Source of the DNA: Psammoneis japonica
Taxonomy: Eukaryota
Length of the DNA: 64,000 nt
NCBI GenBank assembly: GCA_008632985.1
Contig: QPGO01000092.1
Location: 248,001-312,000, forward strand
Reading direction: 5' to 3'
Shown piece by piece: positions 34,977 to 47,555 of the stretch. The translations under genes and the position numbers were made by a program. Position 1 is the stretch's first letter. Each line of letters starts with the position of its first letter. A model generated the notes under the pieces. That model did no database searches. It was not told where the DNA came from and was given only the letters and a program-made list of their open reading frames with translations.

Positions 34977-37475
34977 ATGAGCAGCAACGTCGACAGTAGC
35001 GGAGAACCTTCCTCTATGAAAGACATTCTCTTACAGGCCGAGTTGCTAGCAGCAAATATGCAAAAGCTGGGTTCTGAAACGATTGAGGAGGACTCTTCCA
35101 ACAGACGTCAAGCTTCTGATCCGCCGTCAAATACCGATATAGGTGCGTCGGCAGAAATACCACCCATTCATGACGCATCGGTTCCTTTTAGGAATGCGTC
35201 ATCGACGGATAAGCTTTCCGAAGCTAGTCAAGCTCATAATGAGGACTCTGTGAGCGATATGCTTGCTAAGGCCGAACTTATGAGGAATCAGATGCGAGAA
35301 GCTACCGGCGTAACAGAACAACTCTCTCAGACTGATGACCAAGAAGAGAGCGAACGAAAGCTCGATGGCTTGCTAGACCAGGCACTAGAAATGGCAGAAC
35401 ACATGAAGCAACCATCAGTACCACCACAAGATGAGAACAAGGAGCTCGATGAAATGCTTCGTCAGGCAGAACGTTTAGAGACGCAAATCAGGAGGCAGAC
35501 GTACAGATCTCGCAGTAGCTTGTCAGACTCCTTCAACGACAGCGTGGACAAAAATTCGGAACTGGACGAGAAACTTCACGAAGCCGAGGAGCTGGTGGCT
35601 CAAATGGTTTTTGAGTGTGGTATTGAAGACGGACTAGATACGACGCAAGCAGAAGGTGAGGAATTCAGATTGCCGTCGCACTTGGCAACTCCAACTCCTG
35701 CGAGCTCGAACGTTTCGTTTGCAAACAGTATGGAAAAGAACATGGTACTGGATGAGAAACTTCATCAAGTCCAGGATATTATCGCACAGATGATATCTCA
35801 ATCAAATGCTGCTTCCAATACTGTTGTCAAAGGTTCAGACTCAAAGGTGACTCCTATTAAATCCACTTCGGATGGCTTGGCTTTTGACACGCCCACGTTG
35901 ATTCGTGAAACCGAAATGCTTCTTAAGCAGTCCGACCAGACGTCAACGGCTCGAAGCTACAAGGAAATCAGTACTCCCGCTTTGATTCGAAAGACGGATG
36001 CGATTCTTGCCAATTCGAAAGAAGCCGCCCAGAATCCTCCTCCACCCCCGGCGGCCAAGAATATCCCGTCTCGACCTAACCGGGCACCTAGAGATCTTCC
36101 AGTATCCACTGCGCGCAATCCAACTACGGGCATATCCGAAAAGCGTAAAAAAGTGGACAAGAATTTACAGGAAAGCAAAGCCATCATGGAAGATGCCTTG
36201 GCGTCACTCAAGGACGCTTCAGTTCAAGAAACGCCTGCCTCTGTTTCTTTTGCTCAAATTTCTGACGAGGTATCCTCCGTTGGCTCTGGGTCAGCCCGGT
36301 CACTTCGTGACTTGACCGTGCCAGAACCTTCTGTCCCTGTTCCTAACCAAAAGATATCAAATGGGTGGGATGAAACGAACCCAACCATTTCGGAGAACGA
36401 AGCCGTCGACGCCGTGCTGGAGGCAACCCGACAAATGCAACTTACGTTGCAGCAAGTATCGGGCAAGGCCCCAGTCGTCGGGGAACCCACCATCCAGGCC
36501 GGGAAAGCACCAACAAAGGAAGATGACATATTGGAGGCTACTCGCAGCATGGCGCTTACTTTGCAGCAAATGACTGGAACAGTTGATCGAACTCTAGCAA
36601 TGGACGAATCACAGCAGCGTCATATTGAGGCCGGGGAGAGATCTCTTGATACTACTGCTGACACAATGCCGAGAACAAACGCCACCATACCAACTGATAA
36701 TCTTTTATCGGCATCGATCGATGACGACGATTATGCTCCCGTTGCTGATTACTCAAGTTCCGTGTCTCCAACAAGTGCTCGCGGATTGGATCCTTGTGCT
36801 GAGTTCGAGAAGCAGGCCAAACAGGTCGACCCTACGGCCACATATGTCAAGGTTGTGTCTGCGACGGTAGGAGATGACGACTATGTTCCCATTGCTGACT
36901 ATAGCAAGCCCATTAGTCGCTCCATTGCGCCATTGTCGGCGTCTCGTTCTTCACGCTTGTCGCAGCATCGAACACGAGTGATTCGAAAGAGAAAGAAGAA
37001 GAGGATTGCGGTGGCCGTCATTGCTGCCTTTCTTCTGCTTTTCCTTGTCCTGAGACTCTTCTTCGAAAGATCCACGGTAGTCAAAGAGGTTGTGAGCGAC
37101 GTTGATCCCCCTGCTGAGATTTTTGAAAAAGAGGCAGAGGACCGTTCCGCGAAAGTTCACGCGGCTGATGTCATCGACGAAACCGTGTCTAATTTATCAG
37201 CGGTGCTTTCTGAAGACGAGATGGAGACTAATGAAATAGACACTTATCTGACTGAAGAAGTCAAGGAGGTTGTCACTGACGAAACTGGCAATGGTTCGGA
37301 TGTAGCTGAGTATCCGGAATCGAAAGACGAAATCAAGACGGAGGTTGCGACCTCCAAACCGAAAATTCTTCGCTGGCCGATATTGCGTAGACTGAGTCGA
37401 AAGCTGCTCCCGATTGTTGGCACCATAGTGGCGATGGGCATTGTTCTGCTTCCACTGAAACTTGTTCTAACGTGA
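34977..37475 (+). CDS. 832-aa low-complexity protein with helical repeats and two C-terminal hydrophobic segments; function unknown
   Basis: Intact long ORF; repeated (L)DE.L..AE.L helices; paired DDDY.P.ADYS motifs; basic stretch followed by a TM segment. Confidence 0.8.
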   Translation: MSSNVDSSGEPSSMKDILLQAELLAANMQKLGSETIEEDSSNRRQASDPPSNTDIGASAEIPPIHDASVPFRNASSTDKLSEASQAHNEDSVSDMLAKAELMRNQMREATGVTEQLSQTDDQEESERKLDGLLDQALEMAEHMKQPSVPPQDENKELDEMLRQAERLETQIRRQTYRSRSSLSDSFNDSVDKNSELDEKLHEAEELVAQMVFECGIEDGLDTTQAEGEEFRLPSHLATPTPASSNVSFANSMEKNMVLDEKLHQVQDIIAQMISQSNAASNTVVKGSDSKVTPIKSTSDGLAFDTPTLIRETEMLLKQSDQTSTARSYKEISTPALIRKTDAILANSKEAAQNPPPPPAAKNIPSRPNRAPRDLPVSTARNPTTGISEKRKKVDKNLQESKAIMEDALASLKDASVQETPASVSFAQISDEVSSVGSGSARSLRDLTVPEPSVPVPNQKISNGWDETNPTISENEAVDAVLEATRQMQLTLQQVSGKAPVVGEPTIQAGKAPTKEDDILEATRSMALTLQQMTGTVDRTLAMDESQQRHIEAGERSLDTTADTMPRTNATIPTDNLLSASIDDDDYAPVADYSSSVSPTSARGLDPCAEFEKQAKQVDPTATYVKVVSATVGDDDYVPIADYSKPISRSIAPLSASRSSRLSQHRTRVIRKRKKKRIAVAVIAAFLLLFLVLRLFFERSTVVKEVVSDVDPPAEIFEKEAEDRSAKVHAADVIDETVSNLSAVLSEDEMETNEIDTYLTEEVKEVVTDETGNGSDVAEYPESKDEIKTEVATSKPKILRWPILRRLSRKLLPIVGTIVAMGIVLLPLKLVLT

Positions 37476-37931
37476 CGCACCCTCGTCGCCCTCGTCAACG
37501 TACCAATTTTTGGCGCCGAAAAGGATTTGAGATTTTTCATGGTTGGGCGCGCGTGCAATCTTTGCTCGCTTGTCTGTATGTGCCGTGCTGCGTGCTTGCA
37601 ATTTCCTCGCGATGACGCACGACATTGCGCGCGCCACACTTCCTCACCAAAATCTTTCAATCAAGTCGAGCGATTCGAGAAGTCGTTGCGCCACCGGCCA
37701 CAGTCGTGGATGATCAATTGGAATATTAGGCCTTGTATACAATTTTTAACGGCTTTTTTGAAATTTTCCTACGAGAAAATTGCGTACAAGAGCGGTGTAA
37801 ATTTTTCCAGGTGGCACTTCTAAAAATCTCAGAATGGTACACAAGCAGGTTACCGGCACCATAACAACCATAACAAACTGATTCGGCTGAGAACACTCAC
37901 TGTTGCTCATCCACTGCACTCCATTCTTATC

Positions 37932-40081
37932 TTGCAGACATTTCAATTCTGCATGTCTGTCAAAGCATCGCGTCGTCACCGCTTCGCAATGGAACGCAGG
38001 AATCTGGTGGTGTTTGACGCCAACGCAAACGGAGTCGCCAAAAGGTCTCCGGCCTACAAGAATGAAGCAACGAAACTGCTGCAGAATCTGTTCCCTCGAC
38101 TTTCCTGCAGAGCGACAGGAAAAGTTTTCGACGACGTCGACTTTCAGTTTCCGTTGGCTTGCAACACTCTGGAAGCAATTTGGGCAGTCTTCCCCGATGA
38201 CGCGGCGGTCGCAAACGCGCATCCACGGGCTACGCTGACTGGCATCAAAATGTTCCTCAAGAATGATTGCATCAAGAATGCGAAGCGGGTCAGCAACGCT
38301 TTGCTCTCACAAGAGATTGATGCTGTCCCGCAGCTCAACACGAAAGAGAACCGCCCTCCTCCTCCCGTGGTGGACTCCATCGAACCGCGCGATCACTTGA
38401 AGGTGCCATCCTCCTCAAGAACGCTCTACGAATGCGGGTGCTGTTTTGGAGATGACTTCAAAGTTGAGGATGTGAGCGAATGCAGCGCGAGAAAAGGACG
38501 CCACTGCTGCAACGATTGCATTTGTCAACATGTCAGCGAGCAGCTGGACGGGAACAACAGCACGTCTTTCTGCTGCATCATTGATCATGCTTGCAAAGCT
38601 GCTCATGCAGTGGCGACTTGTTTGGATCAAGTTCCATCTCCAAACCTCCGAAAGAGCGTCAGTGATCGGGTGGCCCGAGAGCATGTCAAGAAAGCGGGCC
38701 TTCTCGGCGGAGACGAGCTGTGGCACGTTGTTTCTTCCGATTGGTTTCCCCTCTGATGCGATTTGCTGCAGCTTTCTCACAATTTGCTTTTTCTCAATCC
38801 ACCGTTGCTGCTTGAAGGACCTGCTCGACTTGTGAATGCTTGGGATTTCTCGAAGGGAGGCATCCAACGGTCTTCTGCCCCCCTTGCAAGAGAGAGTGCT
38901 GCCGCAAATGCCACGAGCCAGTGCACCATGGAAGTTCTTGCAAGGACGTCAAGGCTGAGAAGGAACGCAAGAAAGACCCCATTCACCATGCAGAAGAGAG
39001 AATGTCTGCAGCGACCACACGCAAGTGTCCAAAATGCTCTGCTGAATTCCAGAAATGCGATGGCTGCAACAAAATCACTTGTGCAAAATGCAAAGCCTTC
39101 AGCTGCTGCCTTTGCCGTGCACAAATCGAAGGCTGTGGTCACTTTTGCCGCGTCTTTGATTGTGATCGCAGTTGCAACAAATGCCATTTGTGGGAAGATG
39201 CCAAGAAAGTTGATCGCGAGGCTCGCAAACAAGCCTGCCTTGCTGTCCCACGCGATGAAGCAGGCTGCACAGACGAGCAGATTGCAAAGACAGGATTGCT
39301 CTCACCAAAGGACAAGGCAGAGGGCAAGAAGACGAAGAAAGCCGCAGTCAGACCACCGGCCTTTTTGCAAGAAGCAGCTTTCCCGCCCATCCCCGATGCG
39401 GTGCCCCGCCCCATTGCCGCTGCTGCGGCTGCTCCTCTGCCACCTCATGTGCGGCCACGTGATGCAGCTGTCCTGCCCGTCCCCAATGCGGCGCCCCACC
39501 CTGCTGCCGCTGCTCCTCTGCCACCTCATGTGTGGCCACATGACACAGCTGTCCCACCCGTCCCCGATGCGGTGCCCCACCCTGTTGCTGCTGCTGCGGT
39601 TGCTCCTCTGCCACCTCATGTGTGGCCACGAGATGCAGCTGTCCCGCCCGTCCCCAACGTGGCTCCCCATCCTGTTGACGCTGCTCCTCGGCCACCACAT
39701 GTGCGGCCACATGATGCAGCTGTCCCGCCAGTCCCCAGTGCGGCACCCCACCATGTTGCCACTGCTTTTGCTGCTCCTCGGCCACCTCATGTGCAGCCAC
39801 ATGATGCAGCTGTCCCGCCCGTCCCCAATGAGGCGCCCCACCCTGTTGCCGCTGCTGTCGCAGATGCTCTGCCACATCATGTGCGGCCACGTGAAGGAAT
39901 TTGGCGAGTTAATGCTCGGGGCGATGTTTGCATTGATGGCTTGGTTTGTTTTGCACTGGTTGTTCTGATTGCTCATGTTTGCTTCCCAGGCATGAGCCTG
40001 CGTTACATTGTGAGTCTGACAATCATGCCATGCATCACACCATTCTTTCATGCAATGCATCGCAAGCTTTCCTGCAACTAG
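37932..40081 (+). pseudogene. RBR (RING-IBR-RING, RNF216/TRIAD3-like) E3 ubiquitin ligase pseudogene, copy A; intron 38723-38817 with donor reading GC
   Basis: ECGCCF...C...CC.DC (RING1), CPPCKRECCRKC...H...C (IBR), KCPKC...K.DGCNKITC..C...CC.C (RING2). Splicing restores ELW-TCSTC. Confidence 0.85.
39375..39895 (+). repeat. Coding minisatellite of about six 81-90-bp units (AAVPPVP.A.PHPVAAA.LPPHVRPHD)
   Basis: Repeats of gatgcagctgtcccgcccgtcccc...ccacctcatgtgcggccac; only about two units in copy B. Confidence 0.9.
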
Positions 40082-40779
40082 AGAGAGAAGGGTCGTGTGG
40101 ATGATGATGCATCGAAAGGCACAGGAAACAGCGAGAGGCTCTGCTCTGTGAGTTGAATGATTTTGATGTGTGTCGATCAGTTGGCAGATGCAACGACAGA
40201 AGATCTTGTGCACACTTGAACTCCCCTGTTTTCATTGTGACAAAGATGTTGCATGTGAAGTGGACTCGCGATTTCTTTGCGAAGAAGCATTCGCCGTCTG
40301 TTTCTTGTCAGGGTCACGAGCTCTTTCTTGCATTGGCTAGATTGTCTTGTTTCCATTGACTGTCTTGTTTCTGTTGACCACTTTGGTGACAGCGTGAGTT
40401 GTGATCCCGATGAACATGCTAAAAAGCTAACACGAGAATGAGGTTTGAGCTAAATCCTGCTTTTTTATTCTGGGTGCCCAAGACATTTTCATCGCGAGCT
40501 TCCAAGACAGATGCAGTCTCGATTTTGCATTTACGAGACGTCTTGTCTGTCACAGCGGGCAATGGGCTGTTGACAACACATCAACTGCTTGCTTGAATGC
40601 TTGAGGATCACTTGCCAGTGCAACATCTGTCGTCACTGGTTCACTTTCGAATGTGGCATGTCCTCCTGCATGAGCTTTCGGTTTCAACCTCTTTCTGATG
40701 ACTGCCATTGTGCATCAATGCTTTCATCTGATGATGAGTCCACAGACTTTGCTTCTTCCACAAGCGACGGCACTCATGC

Positions 40780-43700
40780 AGCATTGCTGCACACAAGGTG
40801 GCAATGATGCAGGAGTCCTTCAAGTGCTGCACCGCACCACCCAACACCCGATTGCCGTGGCCGGGCCGGACCAGCCGTGGGACGGACGTTTCTTCTCCAT
40901 TGTCGGGAACTTGACAATGGGACAGTGCAATTTGGCTCTGCTGGCCAACTGCGCCTTCCAACTGGTGCCCCAGGGCACTTGGGCACCTGGCGATGAAGCG
41001 CTGTCAGGAGTGCATGTTGCGTCAACACTGGAGGGGACACACCACAGGTGGTGGTGCCCAATGCACAGAACGCAGTTGAAGTCCACACACAGTTTGCAAT
41101 GATGGTGCCATTCACGTTCGTCAATTTTGTTGCTCAACACTCCGCTGTCACCAGAACAAGCCTTTGTCAGAGTGCATTGGCCACCACCATGTCCAACAAT
41201 GTTGTGGGTTGCTTCTGGATTTTTTGAAGGCAGCGTGTTGTGCCGTGGCAGTGGATCAACATGTGTCACCAGTGGCACAGGACTGGCCAGCCATGGTGCC
41301 ACCACCAAATGAACAGCTCACTAGCTTCTTTGATGCCATGGTTCAGTGAGACCTGCCACACTGTGTGGGCCAGCCACTGCCGCCTTGCCAATTCAAACTG
41401 GCAGTCCCGGCTGTCCAAGATCTCACTGTCAAACAACACCAGCAACAATTGGATGCAATGGCAAGACAGCAGGCAGCAGCATGACAAAGACACGCACCAA
41501 GTTTTGTGGTGAGTTTCGAGTTGCAAAGCTGATGTGCCTGTGTCAGGCACACAGCCAAGACAACTTGCCACCTCTTTGTGCACAGCTGGCAGCATTGCCA
41601 AAGATGGGGTCACTTGCCACTGTGCAGAAATTGACGAGCAGCGTCAGGCTCACCACATGCATTTCAATGTCCCAGCACAGTGAGCTTGGTCACGAAGCTC
41701 ACGCAGATTGATTTTGCCTGACACAACAAAGACAAGCTGTCGCAAGGTGTCAATCCATTCTCATTCAGTGTGACCACACCAGAACAAGAAGCCGAGCAAG
41801 TGGTGTGCCACAACACCATGCATCAACAAATCCATGGTGGTGAGGGGGCACCATCCCCAGCCAACACCAGGGTGCTGGAGGCACTGGATGATGCCATGGT
41901 TGCCACGCTCCAAGTGGCACAGCAATCATGCAATGGGCTGTGCATCGTCTTGTCAGTGGCCTTCGGAGTTGCACACCCATTGGTCCAGTGGCTTGCCCAC
42001 ATGCACCAATCCATGGACATGCAAGCCAACAATTTGGCAGTCCAAATGATGATGCACCTGATCCTGCCAGCGAACTTGCAATGCTGTGCACAAGTCAAGA
42101 TGTGCCATTGGCTGGTTCCAGACCCAATCTTGCTTGCACAACCCAGTGCCATTCCAACCCTCTCAGCAGTGGCAGAAGTGGCCGATGCACTCCAGCTCTG
42201 GGTGGGACGTCGTGCTGCTGAGCTGTGACATCAACAGTTTTTTGGATCGTGCCGTGAAATTGTTTCATGCTCCCTGATTTGCGAAGCCAAACACTTTCCA
42301 TTTTCAACATTTGTGAGAATGAAAATGTGCTGGGTGTGTTCTCTGGTGTCTGCAGAACATGCTTGGGCAAACTGTCAATGATGTGCTTCAAGTGTGAAGG
42401 AGGAGATGCATTCAAAAAATTGTCTCTTTTTCTGTTGGCATTCATTTGCATTTTCATTGCTCAACAAATTTGCTGCAGAGCTTGCACGCAGAATTCTGCA
42501 GGCCAAATTTCACACGGAGTCCCACCTGGGGCTGGAACCTGTCAACCCAAGGAGCTCACCACTGGTGGTTAGATTCACCAACCACAGTGTGCAAGCCAAT
42601 GACGCAGCCCCGGGAACAGATGCTCCAACAGCAACCACCAACAGAGCAAAGCAGCACGCCCAGTGACATCTCCATTGCATGCAACAAGCAATGCGGTGAG
42701 CATTTCACAGTCCTGTGAGAGCGGCCCAATGTGCAATCATGGAATGTCAAACAGCAGTGTGCACTTGACAATGTCACCTTGCTAACAACAAAGCAGCAGC
42801 CACACAAACTTGACAAGCACAACTCAGATTCAGTGCGAGTTCACTGTTGACTTGGCATGCTGCAGCTGGAAACCATGGAAACCACATCACCATGGCCGTG
42901 ACTCTGTGGCAGCCACTTTCTCAACAACATTGCCTTCAAGAGTCACAACAATCAACAATGTGTTTCATCTTGCAAACTCATGTGCAGCACAATTGACATG
43001 TGAGAGTGTGATGGGCTTGTTGTTGACTCTCATGCGGTCGAAAAGCGATGGTCAGAAAATTGAACATTTCAGCTGTTTTTGCTGCAATGAATCAATTTCA
43101 AAGCACAGTGAGGCAAACACATTTGAAATGAATTGCAAGCTGTCAATGTGTGACAGTGTCATGGTGAGTTTGTGGTTGTTGATGGAGTGCATTGCATTCC
43201 GGTTGCCATTGTCATTGAGTTTCAACAAGTCGTTGGTCATGGAAAATTTGAAATGTCAAACATTTGTGTTTAGAGGTGCATTTTTTGACATGAGTTCTTT
43301 GCATCATAAGATGGCACACATGCAGAGCATTTGCATTTTCCCAGCATGACAACTCCATCAATTTATGACATGTCGGCATTGACCGCCAATTGTGACATGC
43401 GTTGAGGTTCACACACAAACATTGGGCTTGCCGCTGGCAAAAAAAGGATGTTTAGAAAAAAATTGGTGGGTGTCAAGACCATCACCCATCTGCATCTAAG
43501 CCAAATCGGCATGGTGCCACAATGTGCACGTTGACCACGCCCAATCGTGGACTGCATGCACTGTAGAGTGAACCCATCTGCACATCCCAATGCCTCCATT
43601 GAATCCATGCAACTTGGGTGTGCGCTTGATTGACTCCTCCAGCACATGTCACTTGCCGATCCATCCAAGGGCCAGGTCCACCTGATGAAGATCAACCCAG

Positions 43701-45806
43701 CCGATGGCTTTTGCCACATGCACCTTGCACTGGAACAAGCCCCCACACTTGGTGAGGTCTTTCCACACTCTGCTGGGTGAGCCATCCACAGTGGCAATTC
43801 CTGCATGGCTCCCCATGGGATGGTCCAACTCCCCGCTGGCCTTCAGCACAGTTGCAGAAACAGTTGCAGATGTCACCAATCAACAACCACTGCACAAATG
43901 TTGAGCACCACACCACCCACTTGAGCACCACCTCAAGAGCTGCCCACCAAAACATCAACACATTGCTTTGGATGCACACCCTGACATCACTGTCCCAGTG
44001 CCATCAATGATTTTGTCGGCGCGGCACAAGGCACACAACCAGCTCTTTGCAATGTGCATTGCATCATTGTGCATGCAATCAATGACGTTTTCCAAGCACT
44101 GGATGACCAGGATGCCATCTGCACGTCACCTGCAAGGCCCTGATCTTGGTCAAAAAACTGCTCAAAGGTGATGCAACCTGGTTCACACAGAAGGAAGTGT
44201 CAGGATGGATCATCATCAATGCTGCCACCATGACCATCCACCTCACACTTCAATGCCACAAATGCTTCTGCAACATGCTGTTCCATGAGTTTCCCCATCA
44301 TCACAAATGGGCAGTGCTTGCCAACCTGCAAAAGCTCCTTGGAGAAATGTGCTCCCTCACACCAGGCATCCCTGGCTCACACAATTTTTTCTCTGAACTC
44401 CAGGAGGCCCTGCTCCACACAACACCTGATGGATGAGTGCGCCTCACCCAGAACTTCCATGAGGACATGCTCCAGGATTTTTGGGACTTGCATCATGGCC
44501 TGGATCTTTGCCCAACCCGAATCCAGGAACTTGCCCCATTGTTGCCCATTGTCATGGGGTGCCACAATGCTGCAGGCCATGAAGCCGGCGGCGCCCTTGC
44601 ACCAAGAATGCCAACGGCATCTTGACATGCCACCATGCCATGCCACTCCAACACCGGCCACCGCTGACCTCAACTCAATGCAGGACCCATTGCATGGTGC
44701 ACATGGGTTTCCCACACAAGGTCACATGATGTCTGGTGACCTTCCACAACCCGTGCGGCCCCATCATCAACACCGACCTTTAATTGGTGGGGAGCATTGT
44801 GCAGTCCTGTGCTGCAGCAGATTGTTTTGACATCCGAGAATGCACTGTCCTTCACCACACCGACAATGCCAGCACTCTGTTTTGCCAATGCAAGGGGTCC
44901 ACCACCACAACAAAACCAGCATCAAAACTGCCATGATGCCAAGGCCACCACCAGCATCATCATTGCTGCCTGTTGCTCTACAACTGCCTCCCAGGCCCCC
45001 TCAACACCACTTGTGATGATGCATTGTGCCCACAACATTTGTCCAGCCATGCCTTTTTACACTGTTTTAACACTTGCTGTCCACAGGCTCCATCTTGGTG
45101 CCTTTGGACTCCACCACCTGCACTGCGTTCCTGCATGATCTCAGTGCTGTGCAACATGCCATTGCCCGTGGCATTGCCACTTCTGCCACCAGCTCCAGCA
45201 ATGCCCACTGGGACAAGTGGCGTGAATTTTGCAGTGACTTGGCTGGCCATCGACCTTCTCCTTCAAGACATTGACAACCCAGTCATCTTTTTCCAAGTTT
45301 TCCTGCACCAATTCCACACAGGTGCTGTCACCCCACATTTCAATCCTGTCTGGGCATGGACTGCTGAGGGTGCCCTGCAGTTGATTGGCCAAACATTTGC
45401 TGCAATGGGGCCCCCGGACCCATGGCACATGCTCCAAGGGAAAATGGATTTCTGCCTTGGCCGCCAAATCCGTTTCTACAAGAAAGAGGATCCTCCGCCC
45501 GACCGGGTCAAACCGGTCCCCCCGTTGCAGTCCTCCTCTGGACAGCTCATGCTGCTTCTTTAAGCAACAATCCAGGAACACAGACCATGGCAGACTTGAT
45601 TGCTCCAGCCTTTTTCTTCCTCCTCTGTCCTGGCAAACACAGTGCCACTCCCTCCGACACCACACCCTTCCGGCTGGGCGATGTTCGTCTCTCCACCAGG
45701 GGAGCCTGCCTCAACCAGTTCACTTGCACCACCAACAAAGAACTCAACGGCATGCTCACCTTCACTGCACAGAAGAATGGCATGCGTGGCAAAGTGGTTG
45801 GCCTTT
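40780..45806 (+). mobile_element. Degenerate tyrosine-recombinase retrotransposon (DIRS/Ngaro group), 3'-truncated and carrying nested insertions
   Basis: RT: LMKINPADGFCH (=KIDLADGFY), LPMGWSNSP.AF...ETVAD, KKLLKGDA.W...KEV.GW. Tyrosine recombinase: IGQTFAAMG..DP, YKKEDPPPDRVKPVP, AFFFLLCPGKH (=LLRPGEY), LTFTAQKNG. The 5' boundary is approximate. Confidence 0.85.
42184..42543 (-). mobile_element. Old, TpA-converted copy of the MITE (ends closest to the 30324 copy)
   Basis: gatgcactccagctctgggtgggacgtcgtgctgctg ... cacacggagtcccacctggggctggaacctgtc; TSD not preserved. Confidence 0.8.
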
Positions 45807-46596
45807 ACAGCCCATTTCCTTCATGGCCAGTGGAGTTTGTTGTTTGACACTAGAAATTCTGTCAACAATCAACCAATGCATCTGCTTCTGCCGGGCAAAT
45901 CACTTCATTGCAACACACCCATCGAAGCTAAAGACCATCTCTACAATGTTCAACAGGCGATTGACTCTAGACGTCCACGACAGTTGACAAATCTGTTGAT
46001 CCTTTTGAGGGCCTGTCGCGCAGAAAAAATGCGTGCGACTCAGTTCCCCCGATTTTTCGCATCAACAAAATGGTGCCAGAAGATTCTTCTTTTTTCATGT
46101 GTGTTCTTTACACAACAAAGAATGCGGACATCCTTTCAAAGTAGTCAAATGCGATGAAAGAAACACAAAAACAGTGCCTCAATGCCGTTCCGAAAACTGC
46201 CGCGCGTAGTTTCCCGTCATTTTGTCGCCAAAAAATCGATTCCGAAAGAGCTTTCTCTTTTTGTCCGCACCCTCCAACGAACAAAGAAGGCTGTCGGCTG
46301 TTGAAAATAAACAGATCTGATGAAAGAAGATGCGAAAAATTGGGGGAAAGCATGAGCTCGGATCAGAATTTTTTCTCGCACAAAAAGCACAGTGACGGAA
46401 AACAGACAGATGCAATGTCACACCCTCGTACGCACGTGACCCACCTGGGATGAAAACACATTGGCACTTTGTTCTCCACCCCAATGCCGACATGCAACTC
46501 GCTCCCACCTGCCCATGAGCTTCACTTGCCGTGTCTCAGCCTTCCAGGTGGACCCACCCACCCTCCCAATTTTCACTGCCACCACCTCCTGCACCA

Positions 46597-47004
46597 GATG
46601 CACCCCAGATGCAGGTGGGGGAATCCCTCTGCGACATTGGGCACATGCAGAATTCTGCGTGCGAGCTCTGCAGCAAAATTGTCAGGCAATGAATGTGCCA
46701 ATGATCCCCAACAGAAAATGAGGCAATTTTGTGAATGCACAAACTCGTCCATGATTGACACACATCATTTTTTGCTTGGTCACCAGGTGCATTCTCAGAC
46801 ATTGAAGAGTGCACCTGGCGCCATTGTGTTCCTGTGATTTCATCAAACAAAACGTGTCTGGGGTTTCACAAAACAGCAAGTCTGGAACAATTTTTTGGAA
46901 GATCACATGCAGAAAAAATTACGCGCGAAACATGTGACGGATGACAAAAAACAATTGTGTCACACACCAGCACTGTGACCTCCCACCCAGGACTGGAATG
47001 CGTC
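46597..47004 (+). mobile_element. Old, TpA-converted copy of the MITE (same subfamily as 62899), TSD ACCA
   Basis: Aligns end to end with 62899-63294; acca at 46593-46596 and 47005-47008. Confidence 0.9.
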
Positions 47005-47054
47005 ACCAGTGCATGTTGGTGGTGCCAGAACAGCCATGCCATCCCAGCTCAGGA

Positions 47055-47525
47055 ATGGAAAGGGGCCAACTGCGCCAGTGAAGTTGCTCCTCCCATCACT
47101 GCAAAATCCCAGTTGCCTGCTCACACTGGAATCAGATCACTGCAAGAGGTCAAACAAGCAAAGCGATGCCAGTCACTGGCCTTGCAAAGACCGACAAGGG
47201 GAGATGACCTTGGCTCTTGTGGCCAGTCAATGGCACAATTGGGAGTCATCTTCCACATCACCAGCAGCATTGAACGCATCTTAAGTTGGCATTGGAAAAG
47301 AGCTGCTTTGCTCATTCTTCCAAAGAGCTCTTCAGCAGCAAGCCAAACAGACAGTCTAAAAGCGCTCCCACCTCTCCCTCCCTCTTGCGCCATGCTGTCA
47401 TGGCTTGGGAAAGGAAAGGGACCAACTGCACTGACAAAGTCCTCCCATCCCTGCAAAATCCCAGTCACCTGCTCACACTAGAATCAGATCACCGTAAGAG
47501 GTCAAACAAGCAAAGCAACGCCAGT
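47055..47525 (+). repeat. ~115-bp direct repeat pair (47055-47170 and 47413-47525)
   Basis: ggaaaggg.ccaactgc...ctgcaaaatcccagt..cctgctcacact.gaatcagatcac...agaggtcaaacaagcaaagc occurs twice. Confidence 0.8.
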
Positions 47526-47555
47526 TGCTGCCTGTGGTGACACCCAAATTTTTGG

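Larger units (their letters stand above)
37514..40460 (+). repeat. Segmental duplication, copy A (partner 50331-52768)
   Basis: Collinear match from cgccgaaa.ggatttgagatttttcatgg to gaggtttgagctaaatcctgc. Confidence 0.95.
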
